Counted from the stretch's first letter, positions 21,441-31,623 are shown. The stretch is 64,000 bases of DNA from Candidatus Levyibacteriota bacterium (GCA_027459725.1 DAIDHK010000005.1:17612-81611), one strand, 5' to 3'. Numbers and translations: made by a program. The notes: generated by a model from the sequence alone, not told the origin.

Positions 21441-21722
21441 ATGGCAATTGAAATAATACAATTAAACAAAAGATTAAGAGGTACACCTGATACCTTGGTG
21501 TTAAATCCTGCGATATTACCTGATACGAAAGAAGCAGTTGCGGATATATTTAGAAGAACATATAGAGCAGCTCATGTTCCCCCAGAAGCGAGAGCCCAAT
21601 TATTGGAAAATATTGATGCTACATTTGATAATATATTTGATGATAAAGATAGTGTTCCATTAGCAAAAAATCTAGTCAGAGTAGCATCAGAATTATGGAA
21701 AACAAGAATAAATAGACAATAA
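21441..21722 (+). CDS. Hypothetical protein, 93 aa, behind the attenuator
   Basis: ORF directly after the terminator; no recognised motif. Confidence 0.7.
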   Translation: MAIEIIQLNKRLRGTPDTLVLNPAILPDTKEAVADIFRRTYRAAHVPPEARAQLLENIDATFDNIFDDKDSVPLAKNLVRVASELWKTRINRQ

Positions 21723-21724
21723 AT

Positions 21725-23410
21725 TTAAACTACTCTTGCATCTTTTAACTTCAACTGTAACTCAACACTTCCATTCCAATGATTTTCATCAAGGGAATAA
21801 GCAATATCTATTTTATCGCCGATAGTAAGTGATTCGGACAACTCCCCCATCCCAAATCCAATCGCCTCAAGAGTACCCACTCCATCATTGGATAAGCGTA
21901 GTTTAAGATGATTTTTGTCTTTACCCAAAAGCTTCATATCTTCTACATAAACCCCCTTCGTTATAAAAACAGGTTCTGGATTTTCCATACCAAAGGGTGC
22001 TAATTGCTGTATTGCGTCAAACAAATTAAGAGAAAGATAGCCAAAAGGCAAAGTCAAATCCACTTTGAGCGTTCTTTGCAATAAACTCTGTGTAATCATC
22101 TCTTGCGCCAAATCTTCCATTTGTTTTTGTAAACCGCTCATATTCTCCAGTGAGACAGTAAATCCGGCCGCCATTTTATGACCTCCGACATTGATATACA
22201 TATCGGAAAATCGACGCAAAAAGTCTATTATGTTCACCCCGGGAATTGACCTAACAGATGCTTTGGCACTCTTATCACCAATAGATAAAACAATCGCCGG
22301 ACGATAAAACTCTTCAACCAGCTTTCCTGCTACTAATCCAATTACCCCGGGATTATATGTTTCATGGCCAGTAATAATTATCTTTTTACTATGTAAATTC
22401 TTAGATTTGATAGTTTCTAATGCGTGCTGAACAGTTTTTTTCGTCAATTCCTGACGTTCACGATTGGTTTGCCCCAGCTTTGCCGCTAGAGAATAGGCGC
22501 GGGTACTGTTATGTGTACATAACAAGCGCAGACTATCCATCGCACTTTCTATTCGACCGGCCGCATTCAATCTTGGTCCAATAATAAAACCGACCTCATA
22601 TGTCCCAATCTTTTGTGGATTAACACCTGCCTCTTCAAATATCGCCTTGAGTCCTGACCTTTGAGTATTTTTTAGATTATCCATACCTGCCTTTACAATA
22701 GTCCGATTCGCCCCTGTCAATGGCACAAGATCTGCAATTGTTCCTAGTACTGCCAATTCCAGATGTGTGTCTTTATCTATCTCATACTTTTTTGAAGCAA
22801 AAGTAATATTTAGTTCTTTGCTTAACAACCAAGCCACTCCCGCTCCACAAAGTTTAGTAGTATGCACAATTGCTAAAGCCTTTGGTCTTTTCTCATCATC
22901 CTCGGGCATATGATGATCCGTGATAATAACGTCAATGCCTAATTTGTTAGCATAGTCTACTGCTTCGTTTGCCACTATACCATTATCAACAGTGATAATT
23001 AATTTAAGATCGCTATTTTGTTTTTTAACATTATCGATACCTTTTATTGATAGACCATAGCCTTCTTCAACCCTGTGAGGAATGTATGGCATAACTAAAA
23101 AACCAAGCGCATTAAGAGTTTCCCATAAAATAGCACTACCTGTAATACCATCCACATCATAATCACCAAAAACAATTATTTTTTCTTTTTGAGTAAACGC
23201 TTTTTGCAAACGGACTAGTGTTTTTTTTAATTCTTCAGCATCTATCTGAACAGATTTTGGAGTCACTTTATTTATATCAGGATGTAAAAATTCTTCTCTA
23301 TCTTTTTCTGAACTAATTCCTCTATTCAGCAATAAAATGTTTATCAATTCAGAGAATTGTCCATCGTTAATTTGTAAATTATCATTACTCTTTAATTCCC
23401 ATTTTTTCAT
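21725..23410 (-). CDS. recJ: ssDNA-specific exonuclease RecJ
   Basis: GDYDVDG, TVDNG, TDHH, PRLNAAGR, GGHKMAAG and APFGMENPEP motifs. Confidence 0.97.
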   Translation of the reverse strand: MKKWELKSNDNLQINDGQFSELINILLLNRGISSEKDREEFLHPDINKVTPKSVQIDAEELKKTLVRLQKAFTQKEKIIVFGDYDVDGITGSAILWETLNALGFLVMPYIPHRVEEGYGLSIKGIDNVKKQNSDLKLIITVDNGIVANEAVDYANKLGIDVIITDHHMPEDDEKRPKALAIVHTTKLCGAGVAWLLSKELNITFASKKYEIDKDTHLELAVLGTIADLVPLTGANRTIVKAGMDNLKNTQRSGLKAIFEEAGVNPQKIGTYEVGFIIGPRLNAAGRIESAMDSLRLLCTHNSTRAYSLAAKLGQTNRERQELTKKTVQHALETIKSKNLHSKKIIITGHETYNPGVIGLVAGKLVEEFYRPAIVLSIGDKSAKASVRSIPGVNIIDFLRRFSDMYINVGGHKMAAGFTVSLENMSGLQKQMEDLAQEMITQSLLQRTLKVDLTLPFGYLSLNLFDAIQQLAPFGMENPEPVFITKGVYVEDMKLLGKDKNHLKLRLSNDGVGTLEAIGFGMGELSESLTIGDKIDIAYSLDENHWNGSVELQLKLKDARVV

Positions 23411-23462
23411 ACAACTAGAAGCTCAAGACGACCTGCCTGCAGCATGCTATACTATAGCAGAT

Positions 23463-24860
23463 ATGCACGAAAATATACCAGCAAATATAAGAGAAATATT
23501 TAGTAAAATAAAGAATTCGGGTTATGAAATCTATTTAGTAGGTGGAAGCGTAAGAGATCTTTTGCTTAAAAGAACCATAACTGACTGGGATTTTACTACC
23601 AATGCTACACCAGATCAGATCCTAGAAATTTTTCCTGAAGCATTTTATGATAACCAATTTGGAACCGTTGGGATACCACTTGAAGACCCTCAAACTAGCC
23701 AAAAATTCGTAATGGAGGTAACAACTTTTCGCACAGAAAACGGCTATTCAGATAATCGTCATCCTGAAAATGTGCAGTGGGGCAAAAGTCTGCAAGAAGA
23801 TGTCACCAGACGTGACTTTACCATCAACGCCCTGGCTTTGGATATTACAAAAGACGAAATTATTGATCTGGTTAATGGTCGGGAAGATTTAAAAAACAGA
23901 ATTATCAGAACTGTAGGTAATCCTGATGAAAGATTCAAAGAAGACGCACTCAGGTTAATCAGAGCTATTCGCTTTGCAACTCAACTGGGTTTTCAAATTG
24001 AAGAGCATACGTTGTTATCTATAAAAAACGATGCCAATCTTTTACAGAACATCTCTCAAGAAAGAATACGTGATGAGTTACTAAAAATAATTGGAAGTGA
24101 GTATCCTTATGAAGGGTTACTCTTATTAAAAAACACTGGACTGCTGGAATACATTCTGCCGGAACTTTTGGAAGGAAAAGACATTTCTATGGTTAGACCA
24201 GGACGCCATCACACAACAGATGTGTTCGAACATAATTTATTAGCACTTAGATACTGTCCATCTAAAGACCCTATCGTCAGACTGGCGTCGTTAATACACG
24301 ATATTGCAAAACCAAGGGTAAGAGGAGAAGACGAAAATGGTTTGGTAATTTTTCATAATCATGAACTGGTTGGAGCACGAATGGCAGGAGATATAGCAGA
24401 TAGATTAAGACTGTCAAAAAAGCAAAAAGAGAAAATTGTTAATCTCGTACGTTGGCATATGTTTACAGTAGATGAGAATATTACTGATGCGGCTGTCAGG
24501 CGTTTCATTCGACGCATAGGGGTAGAAAATGTAAAAGATATTATTGATGTGCGCATAGCAGATCGATTAGGCAGCGGAACAAAAACGGCTGAATCCTGGA
24601 GACTGATTGAATTTAAAAAAAGAATTGAAGAACAGTTATCTCCGTCTCCTTTTTCTATCAAAGATCTCGCCATTGATGGTAATGACATTATGAATGAATT
24701 AAATCTACCGCCTGGTAAAAAAATTGGCGATATTCTACAAAAACTATTTGAGGAGGTAGATGAGGACTTGAGTAAAAATACCAGAGAATATCTACTAAAA
24801 CGTATAAAGGATGAAGAATATGAACAAACATCTTTATCAAATGATAAAATTCCTCATTAG
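23463..24860 (+). CDS. cca: CCA tRNA nucleotidyltransferase with HD domain
   Basis: VGGSVRD, DWD, RRDFTINAL, EDALRLIRAIRF and IHDIAK motifs. Confidence 0.93.
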   Translation: MHENIPANIREIFSKIKNSGYEIYLVGGSVRDLLLKRTITDWDFTTNATPDQILEIFPEAFYDNQFGTVGIPLEDPQTSQKFVMEVTTFRTENGYSDNRHPENVQWGKSLQEDVTRRDFTINALALDITKDEIIDLVNGREDLKNRIIRTVGNPDERFKEDALRLIRAIRFATQLGFQIEEHTLLSIKNDANLLQNISQERIRDELLKIIGSEYPYEGLLLLKNTGLLEYILPELLEGKDISMVRPGRHHTTDVFEHNLLALRYCPSKDPIVRLASLIHDIAKPRVRGEDENGLVIFHNHELVGARMAGDIADRLRLSKKQKEKIVNLVRWHMFTVDENITDAAVRRFIRRIGVENVKDIIDVRIADRLGSGTKTAESWRLIEFKKRIEEQLSPSPFSIKDLAIDGNDIMNELNLPPGKKIGDILQKLFEEVDEDLSKNTREYLLKRIKDEEYEQTSLSNDKIPH

Positions 24861-24867
24861 ATTTCAC

Positions 24868-24896
24868 TTGACAGATTTCACAGCTGTCACTACAAT
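24868..24896 (+). promoter_or_regulatory. sigma70 promoter of the ABC operon
   Basis: TTGACA-17 bp-TACAAT. Confidence 0.75.
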
Positions 24897-24918
24897 AACA
24901 GAACTGCCGAATACACTT

Positions 24919-24966
24919 ATGCAAAGAATTTATTTAGTTTTGACGAACACGCAAACAGGCGAATAA
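24919..24966 (+). CDS. Putative leader peptide MQRIYLVLTNTQTGE
   Basis: 15-codon uORF inside the ~135-nt leader of the ABC ATPase. Confidence 0.45.
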   Translation: MQRIYLVLTNTQTGE

Positions 24967-25037
24967 TACTGACCCTCCCGCTAAACGACTAAACTTCTTA
25001 ATTTTTCGTGTACCAGTTTTTGGCAAGTAACTTTACT

Positions 25038-25958
25038 ATGAGAGTTTTAGAGGTGAAAAACCTGACTAAAAAATTTGGCACATTTACTGCAGTGAATAAT
25101 ATTTCCTTTTCGGTTGAGGAAGGTGAGATATTGGGCTTATTAGGCATTAACGGAGCTGGTAAGACTACAACCTTACAAATGCTTTTAGGCGTAATGACAC
25201 CCACCAGTGGAGAAGTAAACTATTTTGGCATGGACTTAAAACATCATCGTGAAGAAATCCTGGAAAAAGTTAATTTTTCCTCAACCTATACTAATCTTCC
25301 CTGGGTATTAAATGTACAAGAAAGTTTAACTTTTATCTCATATTTATATAATCTTAAAAATAGAAAAAAACGTGTCGAAGATATAATGAAAACATTTCAG
25401 CTGACACAGTTAGCAAAAAAGTTAAACAGCCAATTATCTGCGGGCCAAAGAACTAGAGTTAATTTAGCCAAATCAATGCTGAATTATCCGAAAGTTTTAT
25501 TGCTGGATGAACCAACAGCATCTTTAGATCCGGAGGTAGCTAAATATATACGCGACTTCTTAGTTGAACAAAGAGCTAGATATGGTATGTCTATTATCAT
25601 CACATCACATAATATGAATGAGGTCGAGGAAATATGTGACAGAGTAGTATTTATCAACCAGGGTAAGATAATAGCTGATGATACACCCTTGGCATTGACA
25701 AAAACCTTACAAATTAGTCAGATTTCATTAGTGATAATTGAAGGACAAAAACAATTAAAAGAATGTGCAAAACGACAAAATATTGATATGACAACTGAAG
25801 GAATATTTACACATATTACCATTAAGGAAACTGATGTAGCCAATTTTTTATATCAAATTATGCAGGAAGGTGTGCGATATAGCGAGATTAGTATTATTAA
25901 ACCAAATTTGGAAGATTATTTTTTGTCAGTGGCAACCAAAACAAAGGAGGATAAATAA
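25038..25958 (+). CDS. ABC-2 exporter ATP-binding protein
   Basis: GINGAGKTT, LSAGQ, LLLDEPT and SH motifs. Confidence 0.95.
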   Translation: MRVLEVKNLTKKFGTFTAVNNISFSVEEGEILGLLGINGAGKTTTLQMLLGVMTPTSGEVNYFGMDLKHHREEILEKVNFSSTYTNLPWVLNVQESLTFISYLYNLKNRKKRVEDIMKTFQLTQLAKKLNSQLSAGQRTRVNLAKSMLNYPKVLLLDEPTASLDPEVAKYIRDFLVEQRARYGMSIIITSHNMNEVEEICDRVVFINQGKIIADDTPLALTKTLQISQISLVIIEGQKQLKECAKRQNIDMTTEGIFTHITIKETDVANFLYQIMQEGVRYSEISIIKPNLEDYFLSVATKTKEDK

Positions 25959-25959
25959 C

Positions 25960-26745
25960 ATGAAACTGCATAGAGTTTATGCCATTATATTAAGATATTT
26001 GTTTGCATTCCGCCGAAGCTATGACAGAGTTGCAGATACTTTTTATTGGCCTTTAATTGATTTGTTTTTGTGGGGATTAACCAGCGCTTATTTCAGTGCC
26101 ACCTCACATGTAGGAACAAGTTTCATAGTAACCGTTATCTCCGGTGTTTTGCTGTGGATAATAGTCTGGCGTGCACAATATGAGATTTCTGTGGGATTAT
26201 TAACCGATTTATGGGATCGCAATCTGATAAATATTTTTATCTCCCCAATTTCATTTTCAGAATGGCTGACGTCGTTTATTATTTTAGGTGTTATAAAAGG
26301 AGTCGCGAGTCTGGCGTTTGCTGCGACTATTGCATACTTCATGTATCATGTACAAATTTTGATGTACGGATTATATCTATTACCCTTTTTTGTACTGTTA
26401 CTTTTAAATGGTTGGTGGATAGGATTTTTTGTAGCTGGTCTGATAATTAGATATGGAACTAAAATTCAGACTTTAGCCTGGACAGTTGCCGGTCTGGTTA
26501 TACCTTTTTCTGGTGTGTTTTATCCAATTTCTATCCTGCCTCAGTGGGCTCAAAATGTTTCCTGGTTATTACCCACCAGTTATATATTTGAAGACGCCAG
26601 ACAATTTGCTCTTCATGGAACAATTAATTTAAATAATTTAGGATTAAGCCTTTTAATGAGCATTGTGTATGTTACTGCCTCATTATGGTTCATTCGCACA
26701 GGTATGAATAAAATTTTGCAGAAAGGACTGGTAAATTTAGAATAA
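25960..26745 (+). CDS. ABC-2 type permease
   Basis: About 6 TM helices; FSGVFYPISILPQWAQ; follows the ATPase. Confidence 0.92.
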   Translation: MKLHRVYAIILRYLFAFRRSYDRVADTFYWPLIDLFLWGLTSAYFSATSHVGTSFIVTVISGVLLWIIVWRAQYEISVGLLTDLWDRNLINIFISPISFSEWLTSFIILGVIKGVASLAFAATIAYFMYHVQILMYGLYLLPFFVLLLLNGWWIGFFVAGLIIRYGTKIQTLAWTVAGLVIPFSGVFYPISILPQWAQNVSWLLPTSYIFEDARQFALHGTINLNNLGLSLLMSIVYVTASLWFIRTGMNKILQKGLVNLE

Positions 26746-26791
26746 CATTTTTACTTTGCAATGTTAACCAGGTGTAGTATATAATCACGTT

Positions 26792-27244
26792 ATGACCAAG
26801 AAGGATTTACAACAACAACTCAAAGAGTCAATGTTGGCTAAAAATGCTGAAAAAACCTCAGTACTGCGCATGCTTATTTCATCCATCACCTATTATGAAA
26901 TTCAAAAGGGGGGAGCAGGATATGAAGCGAATGATGAAGACGTCCTAACCGTTATCCAAAAAGAAGCCAAACAAAGAAAAGACTCGATCACAGAATATCA
27001 AAAAGCCAACCGCCAGGACCTGGTTGACAAAGAAACGAGTGAACTGGCAATGCTGCAGGAATATTTACCTAAACAACTTAATGAAGAAGAAATCAAAGCA
27101 ATGGTAAAAGATGCTATTCAAAAAACCGGTGCAAGTAGCATCCAGGAATTAGGTAAAGTAATGGGGACCTTAGTACCTCTTACCAAAGGCAAAGCCGATG
27201 GTGCCATTGTCAGTCGCATTGTTAAGGAAGAGCTAAGTAAATAA
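26792..27244 (+). CDS. GatB/YqeY domain protein
   Basis: KEAKQRKDSI, YLPKQL, GKVMG and GKADG motifs. Confidence 0.93.
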   Translation: MTKKDLQQQLKESMLAKNAEKTSVLRMLISSITYYEIQKGGAGYEANDEDVLTVIQKEAKQRKDSITEYQKANRQDLVDKETSELAMLQEYLPKQLNEEEIKAMVKDAIQKTGASSIQELGKVMGTLVPLTKGKADGAIVSRIVKEELSK

Positions 27245-27805
27245 ATGCTTTACTTTATCACCGGTAATAAACATAAAATTGAAACCGCTAAAATTGAATT
27301 AGATAAACAGAATATTCCGTTTGCCAGCAAAAACCTTGCTTTAACCGAAATACAATCATATTCTATAGAAGAAATAGCCCTACATAAAGCAAAGCAGGCT
27401 TTTGAAATGTTACATCAACCTCTAATTGTCAAAGATGATGGTTGGTTCATAAGCTCTCTTAATGGATTCCCCGGAGCATATATGAAATATGTTAATGATT
27501 GGTTTAGTGCACAAGATTTTCTTTTATTAATGCAAAATAGAACGGATAGAACTATAACACTTCATGAAGTGCTATGTTATATTGATGACAAGCATGTTCA
27601 GACTTTCTCAGCTGATATTAAAGGTACTTTTTTGGACCGCATAGAAGGAGAAGATATCCCAAGTAATCAAGTAGTTACTTTGCGCAAGGATAAAAAAAGC
27701 ATTGCCTTAGCGAGAAATGAAGGGCTATTACTTTATGATAGTGAAATTAACGAAAGAGCTTGGCAAGCTTTTGCCAAATGGTATAAAGAGAATCTGAAAA
27801 AATAA
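27245..27805 (+). CDS. Ham1/RdgB-family non-canonical purine NTP pyrophosphatase
   Basis: FITGNKHK, EIQ and DDGWFISSLNGFPGAYMK motifs. Confidence 0.88.
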   Translation: MLYFITGNKHKIETAKIELDKQNIPFASKNLALTEIQSYSIEEIALHKAKQAFEMLHQPLIVKDDGWFISSLNGFPGAYMKYVNDWFSAQDFLLLMQNRTDRTITLHEVLCYIDDKHVQTFSADIKGTFLDRIEGEDIPSNQVVTLRKDKKSIALARNEGLLLYDSEINERAWQAFAKWYKENLKK

Positions 27806-27806
27806 G

Positions 27807-28262
27807 CTACCACCAGTTCTTATAATTCTCTTCGTAATCTTTCTTATCCAAATTTATGTTTGTCATAATACCAATTGCCTCACCATTTTCTTTTTCATAT
27901 CGTTTTATTTCAACAATACAACGCATTTTACCTTTACCCGTTTCTATAATTAACATTCTAAATTCTTCATTACAAATAACATTGGTTATATCTCTAAAAA
28001 GCATGGTATTTGCCGCCAGGGAAGAGTTGTCTCTCGTCCAATAATCAATACTTACATATTTTGAATTTTTAGACATACTTAAGTACATTTGATAATTCTC
28101 ATTCTTGGCTAAATAAAAAACGAATAAGTCTTTACTTATAAGTTCTTTCTCAGTATTTGGATCTTTATATTTAGCATATTCCCACTCAATTTCTAAAATA
28201 TCTGCAATATGCGCTGGATCTATATTACCCGTCATAATATGCACTGGTTTAGTTTGGCTCAT
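27807..28262 (-). CDS. Hypothetical protein
   Basis: 151-aa ORF co-oriented with the upstream genes. Confidence 0.7.
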   Translation of the reverse strand: MSQTKPVHIMTGNIDPAHIADILEIEWEYAKYKDPNTEKELISKDLFVFYLAKNENYQMYLSMSKNSKYVSIDYWTRDNSSLAANTMLFRDITNVICNEEFRMLIIETGKGKMRCIVEIKRYEKENGEAIGIMTNINLDKKDYEENYKNWW

Positions 28263-28263
28263 A

Positions 28264-28691
28264 TTAATACTCCACTTCTTCTTTAGCTAGATTTATTATT
28301 AAATCCATATCCGGTAAACCTGCAAGATTTTTTATATCATCAATATTAAACCATTTAATATCTGCCACATGATGATCTCTTTTGGCCGGCTGTCCTTCTC
28401 TGATTAAATTACATAAAAATACGAAGCAAAAAGTCTGCAGCATGCCCCAATCATATTCCCAATAGTTAACTCCAGAATAGGGCAACAATTTCCAACTTCA
28501 ATTTCCCTGCTTGTTTCTACCATAAACTCTCTTTTAACTGCATCTGTTGGTTTCTCGCCAAAATCGCATATACCACCCGGAAATTCCCATTTTAAATGAG
28601 CCTGAGGACATTCTATTTCATCTCTTTGTGATAAAAGCACTTTTCCCTGGTTCAATAAAACTCCTGAAAAAACAGTAATTTGTTTGTTCAT
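28264..28691 (-). pseudogene. Frameshifted NUDIX hydrolase
   Basis: Two overlapping ORFs join near 28490 (one base missing, GGAAATTG). The Nudix box is also eroded (REFMVETS). Confidence 0.75.
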
Positions 28692-28727
28692 AAAATGAAT
28701 AAGCCTATTATTGACTAATTGAGGATA

Positions 28728-29648
28728 TTATTTTTTATTTGCTCTTCTCTTATCATCCCATTCCTGCCAGAGTACCAAAAGAGGCGCTGCGTTAAAGATT
28801 GAAGAATAGGTTCCACTGATGATTCCTATTAATAATGCTACTACAAACCATCTTATAGAATCTCCACCGAAAAATAGCAGTGTTGCTAAAACCAAAATAG
28901 CGGTTAAGGACGTATTTAAGGATCTTGAGAACGTTTGAACAATCGAGTCGTTTACAACATTTGCAAATTTTTGTCCACTGCCACCTTTTATTAAATTTTC
29001 GCGGATTCTGTCAAAAACCACAATAGTATCATGTACTGAAAAACCGATAACTGTTAATACCGCTGTCACAAAAAGACTATCAACCTGAATCTGAAAAAAG
29101 TGTCCAAAGATAGAAAATAGACCAACCAATACTAAAACGTCATGGATCAAAGCAATAATCGCACAAATTCCAAAACGCCAGGAACGAGCCGGACGGGGGA
29201 CTTTACGAAAAGATAAAGCTATATATAAAACAATTAGAATCGAAGCCGCGATAATAGCTTTAAACGCATTAGTGGTAATTTCAGAACCGATTATTGGACC
29301 AATCGTTTCAAATGAACCCTGTTTTATGTAAGGACCAAACTGTAACAGTAATTTCCTCATTAACTGAGTATTTTGGATATTATCCAATGGTATTGTTTGA
29401 ACTGTCAATTCATTGGGTGCAGTTTGCTGCAAACTATAAATTGGCATTTTCGCCTCAGAAAAACTCTTTCGAACATCTGAGTAAGTGCTACTGTTTACGG
29501 GCTGTTGAAAATCATAAGCTACTACTGACCCTCCGGTAAAATCAATTCCTAAATCAAGCTTCCATAAGATAAGAGAAACAATCCCGGGTACAATAATTAA
29601 TAGAGAAAAAATAAAATACCAAATTTTATGTTTTATAATATTTCTCAT
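28728..29648 (-). CDS. secF: Protein translocase subunit SecF
   Basis: LGIDFTGG, GFSVHDTIVVFDRIRE, RSLNTS and GTYSSIF motifs. Confidence 0.97.
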   Translation of the reverse strand: MRNIIKHKIWYFIFSLLIIVPGIVSLILWKLDLGIDFTGGSVVAYDFQQPVNSSTYSDVRKSFSEAKMPIYSLQQTAPNELTVQTIPLDNIQNTQLMRKLLLQFGPYIKQGSFETIGPIIGSEITTNAFKAIIAASILIVLYIALSFRKVPRPARSWRFGICAIIALIHDVLVLVGLFSIFGHFFQIQVDSLFVTAVLTVIGFSVHDTIVVFDRIRENLIKGGSGQKFANVVNDSIVQTFSRSLNTSLTAILVLATLLFFGGDSIRWFVVALLIGIISGTYSSIFNAAPLLVLWQEWDDKRRANKK

Positions 29649-29653
29649 AACTT

Positions 29654-31051
29654 TTATTTTTTATAAAATGCATGTAATAAAGTTCTCGTCACTACAACTG
29701 CTGAAAACAACGATACAATGACCCCTATAAACAGAGTCAGGGCAAATCCTTTAATAATGCTGGTACCGAAATAATAAAGAATCAAACTGGTAATAATACT
29801 AGCAGCATTGGAATCACGAATGGAAGTCCAGGCTCTGGCAAATCCCAACTCAAGTGATCTTTGGGGACTATGTCCCCTCCTTAATTCTTCCCTGCTACGT
29901 TCAAAAATCAGAATATTAGCATCAACTGCAATACCTATAGAAAGAATAAAACCGGCAATTCCTGCCAGAGTCAAGGTTACAGGAATTAATCTAAATACGC
30001 CCAGTACTATTAGTGTGTACAATACCAGTGCCACACTGGCAATAACTCCCAGCCTACCATACAAACCGATCATAAATACAATAATAATCATAAAGCCCAA
30101 AATTCCAGCAAACATACTCTTATCCAATGACTGTTGACCTAACGTTGCCCCAACCGCCTGTTGCTGCAAAATAGTTAAAGGTACCGGCAAAGCACCGGCA
30201 TCCAACTGGATCGCCAGCTGTTTGGCCTGGTCTGTGGTAAAATTACCTGAGATTTGTGCACTACCGTTAGGAATAACTGCACTTACTGTGGGTGCACTGA
30301 CTAGAACATTATCCAAAACAATTGCCACACTTTTGCCAATATTTCTTTTAGTAATATCTGCAAATTTTTTTGTTCCATCAGCTGTAAATTGCAATAACAC
30401 GTCAGGAGCACCAGTTTGAGAGTCAAAACCAACAGATGCAGATTTGAGATCTTTCCCTGTTAAATTAGTTTCTTTGGCATTAGGACCCAAAAACTGCGTA
30501 ACACCATATGGCAAGTTTGCAGAAGGTGTTGCAACTTTGGTAGTAGCTGAGCTACTTGCGCCTTCTTCCCAAAAAGTTAGCTGAGCAGTTTGACCGACTA
30601 ATTGCGCCGCCTGGTTGACATCAGTTACTCCAGGTATTTCCACAATAATACGATAACTATTGCCCACTCTGGCTGTTTGAACAACTGGTTCTGATACACC
30701 ATAGAAATTAATTCTTCTTTCAATTACAGTTTGAGCAGCCTGTAAGGCGTTATCCCTTTGATCCACAGGAATATTTTTCATATCAGCTTGCAATGTAAGA
30801 CTGGTTCCACCCTGAAGATCAAGTCCTTTATGCAAAGGATAAGAGGCTTGGATATGTGCTAGATTGAGCAGATTAGTCAGATTGGGTAAAACTAAAGTGT
30901 GATTTACAGTAAGCTTTTTCTGATGATTTAAAAAGGGGAAAACCTGATTTACATCGAAAGGTACGGTAATTTGTGATGGTAGATTAATCAAAATCGCAAA
31001 TAAAGCAACAATGATAATCAAAGCAGTCATCCAGGGTGATGTACGCTTCAT
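29654..31051 (-). CDS. secD: Protein translocase subunit SecD
   Basis: GLDLQGG, GVSEP, GALPVPL and IGIAVDANILIFER motifs. Confidence 0.97.
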   Translation of the reverse strand: MKRTSPWMTALIIIVALFAILINLPSQITVPFDVNQVFPFLNHQKKLTVNHTLVLPNLTNLLNLAHIQASYPLHKGLDLQGGTSLTLQADMKNIPVDQRDNALQAAQTVIERRINFYGVSEPVVQTARVGNSYRIIVEIPGVTDVNQAAQLVGQTAQLTFWEEGASSSATTKVATPSANLPYGVTQFLGPNAKETNLTGKDLKSASVGFDSQTGAPDVLLQFTADGTKKFADITKRNIGKSVAIVLDNVLVSAPTVSAVIPNGSAQISGNFTTDQAKQLAIQLDAGALPVPLTILQQQAVGATLGQQSLDKSMFAGILGFMIIIVFMIGLYGRLGVIASVALVLYTLIVLGVFRLIPVTLTLAGIAGFILSIGIAVDANILIFERSREELRRGHSPQRSLELGFARAWTSIRDSNAASIITSLILYYFGTSIIKGFALTLFIGVIVSLFSAVVVTRTLLHAFYKK

Positions 31052-31623
31052 GCGAGTAAAGCCTCCTCATCGCCGATGAGCATAACACGAGTTCCGGACA
31101 AGATACCGGTGATGAATGGATCTTTACGCTGTTTACGAAAAATAAATTCTTCTTCTGTCATAGCAGTATAATTAATTTCTCTACTCAATCTTTGCTCTTC
31201 CGTTCTGACTAATAATGCAAGTTCGGGTAATACTACTGTCCCTACAACCAGGAAATCTACGTGGTCCTGTGACATTTGATTTCGTCGTATAAAACGACCA
31301 CTAAACATTGCATACTTTATTTTACCTAGTTTAGCGCGATTAGCAAGAACTTCTTTTCCTAAACCAAGAGTTTTAGCTCCCATTGCCAGCAAATCATAAT
31401 AATAGGGATAGTCTTTTGATAGTTCGTAATAGACCCTATTGGCACGAGGCTCCTTGTTTAAAATCCCATGTTTCTCTAAAAATTGAAGTTCACGCCGAAC
31501 GGCATTTATTTCATCACCTGTTTGACGAACGCACTCACGTACATGAAACATTTCATGTGGATGGTTCAGAAAAAAATCAAGAAGAATTACACGTGATTTG
31601 GAAGTAATAAGATCTCTAAACAT
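31048..31623 (-). CDS. Winged-helix protein with a degenerate nucleotidyltransferase-like C-terminal domain
   Basis: SKSRVILL and NAVRRELQFLE HTH region; SGRF and VDFLVVG in the C-terminal half. Confidence 0.7.
   Translation of the reverse strand: MFRDLITSKSRVILLDFFLNHPHEMFHVRECVRQTGDEINAVRRELQFLEKHGILNKEPRANRVYYELSKDYPYYYDLLAMGAKTLGLGKEVLANRAKLGKIKYAMFSGRFIRRNQMSQDHVDFLVVGTVVLPELALLVRTEEQRLSREINYTAMTEEEFIFRKQRKDPFITGILSGTRVMLIGDEEALLA

Noticed and set aside
23337-23462. Apparent head-to-head overlap of cca and recJ
   Set aside because: Artefact of the longest-ORF start; ATG 23463 after TATACT is more plausible.
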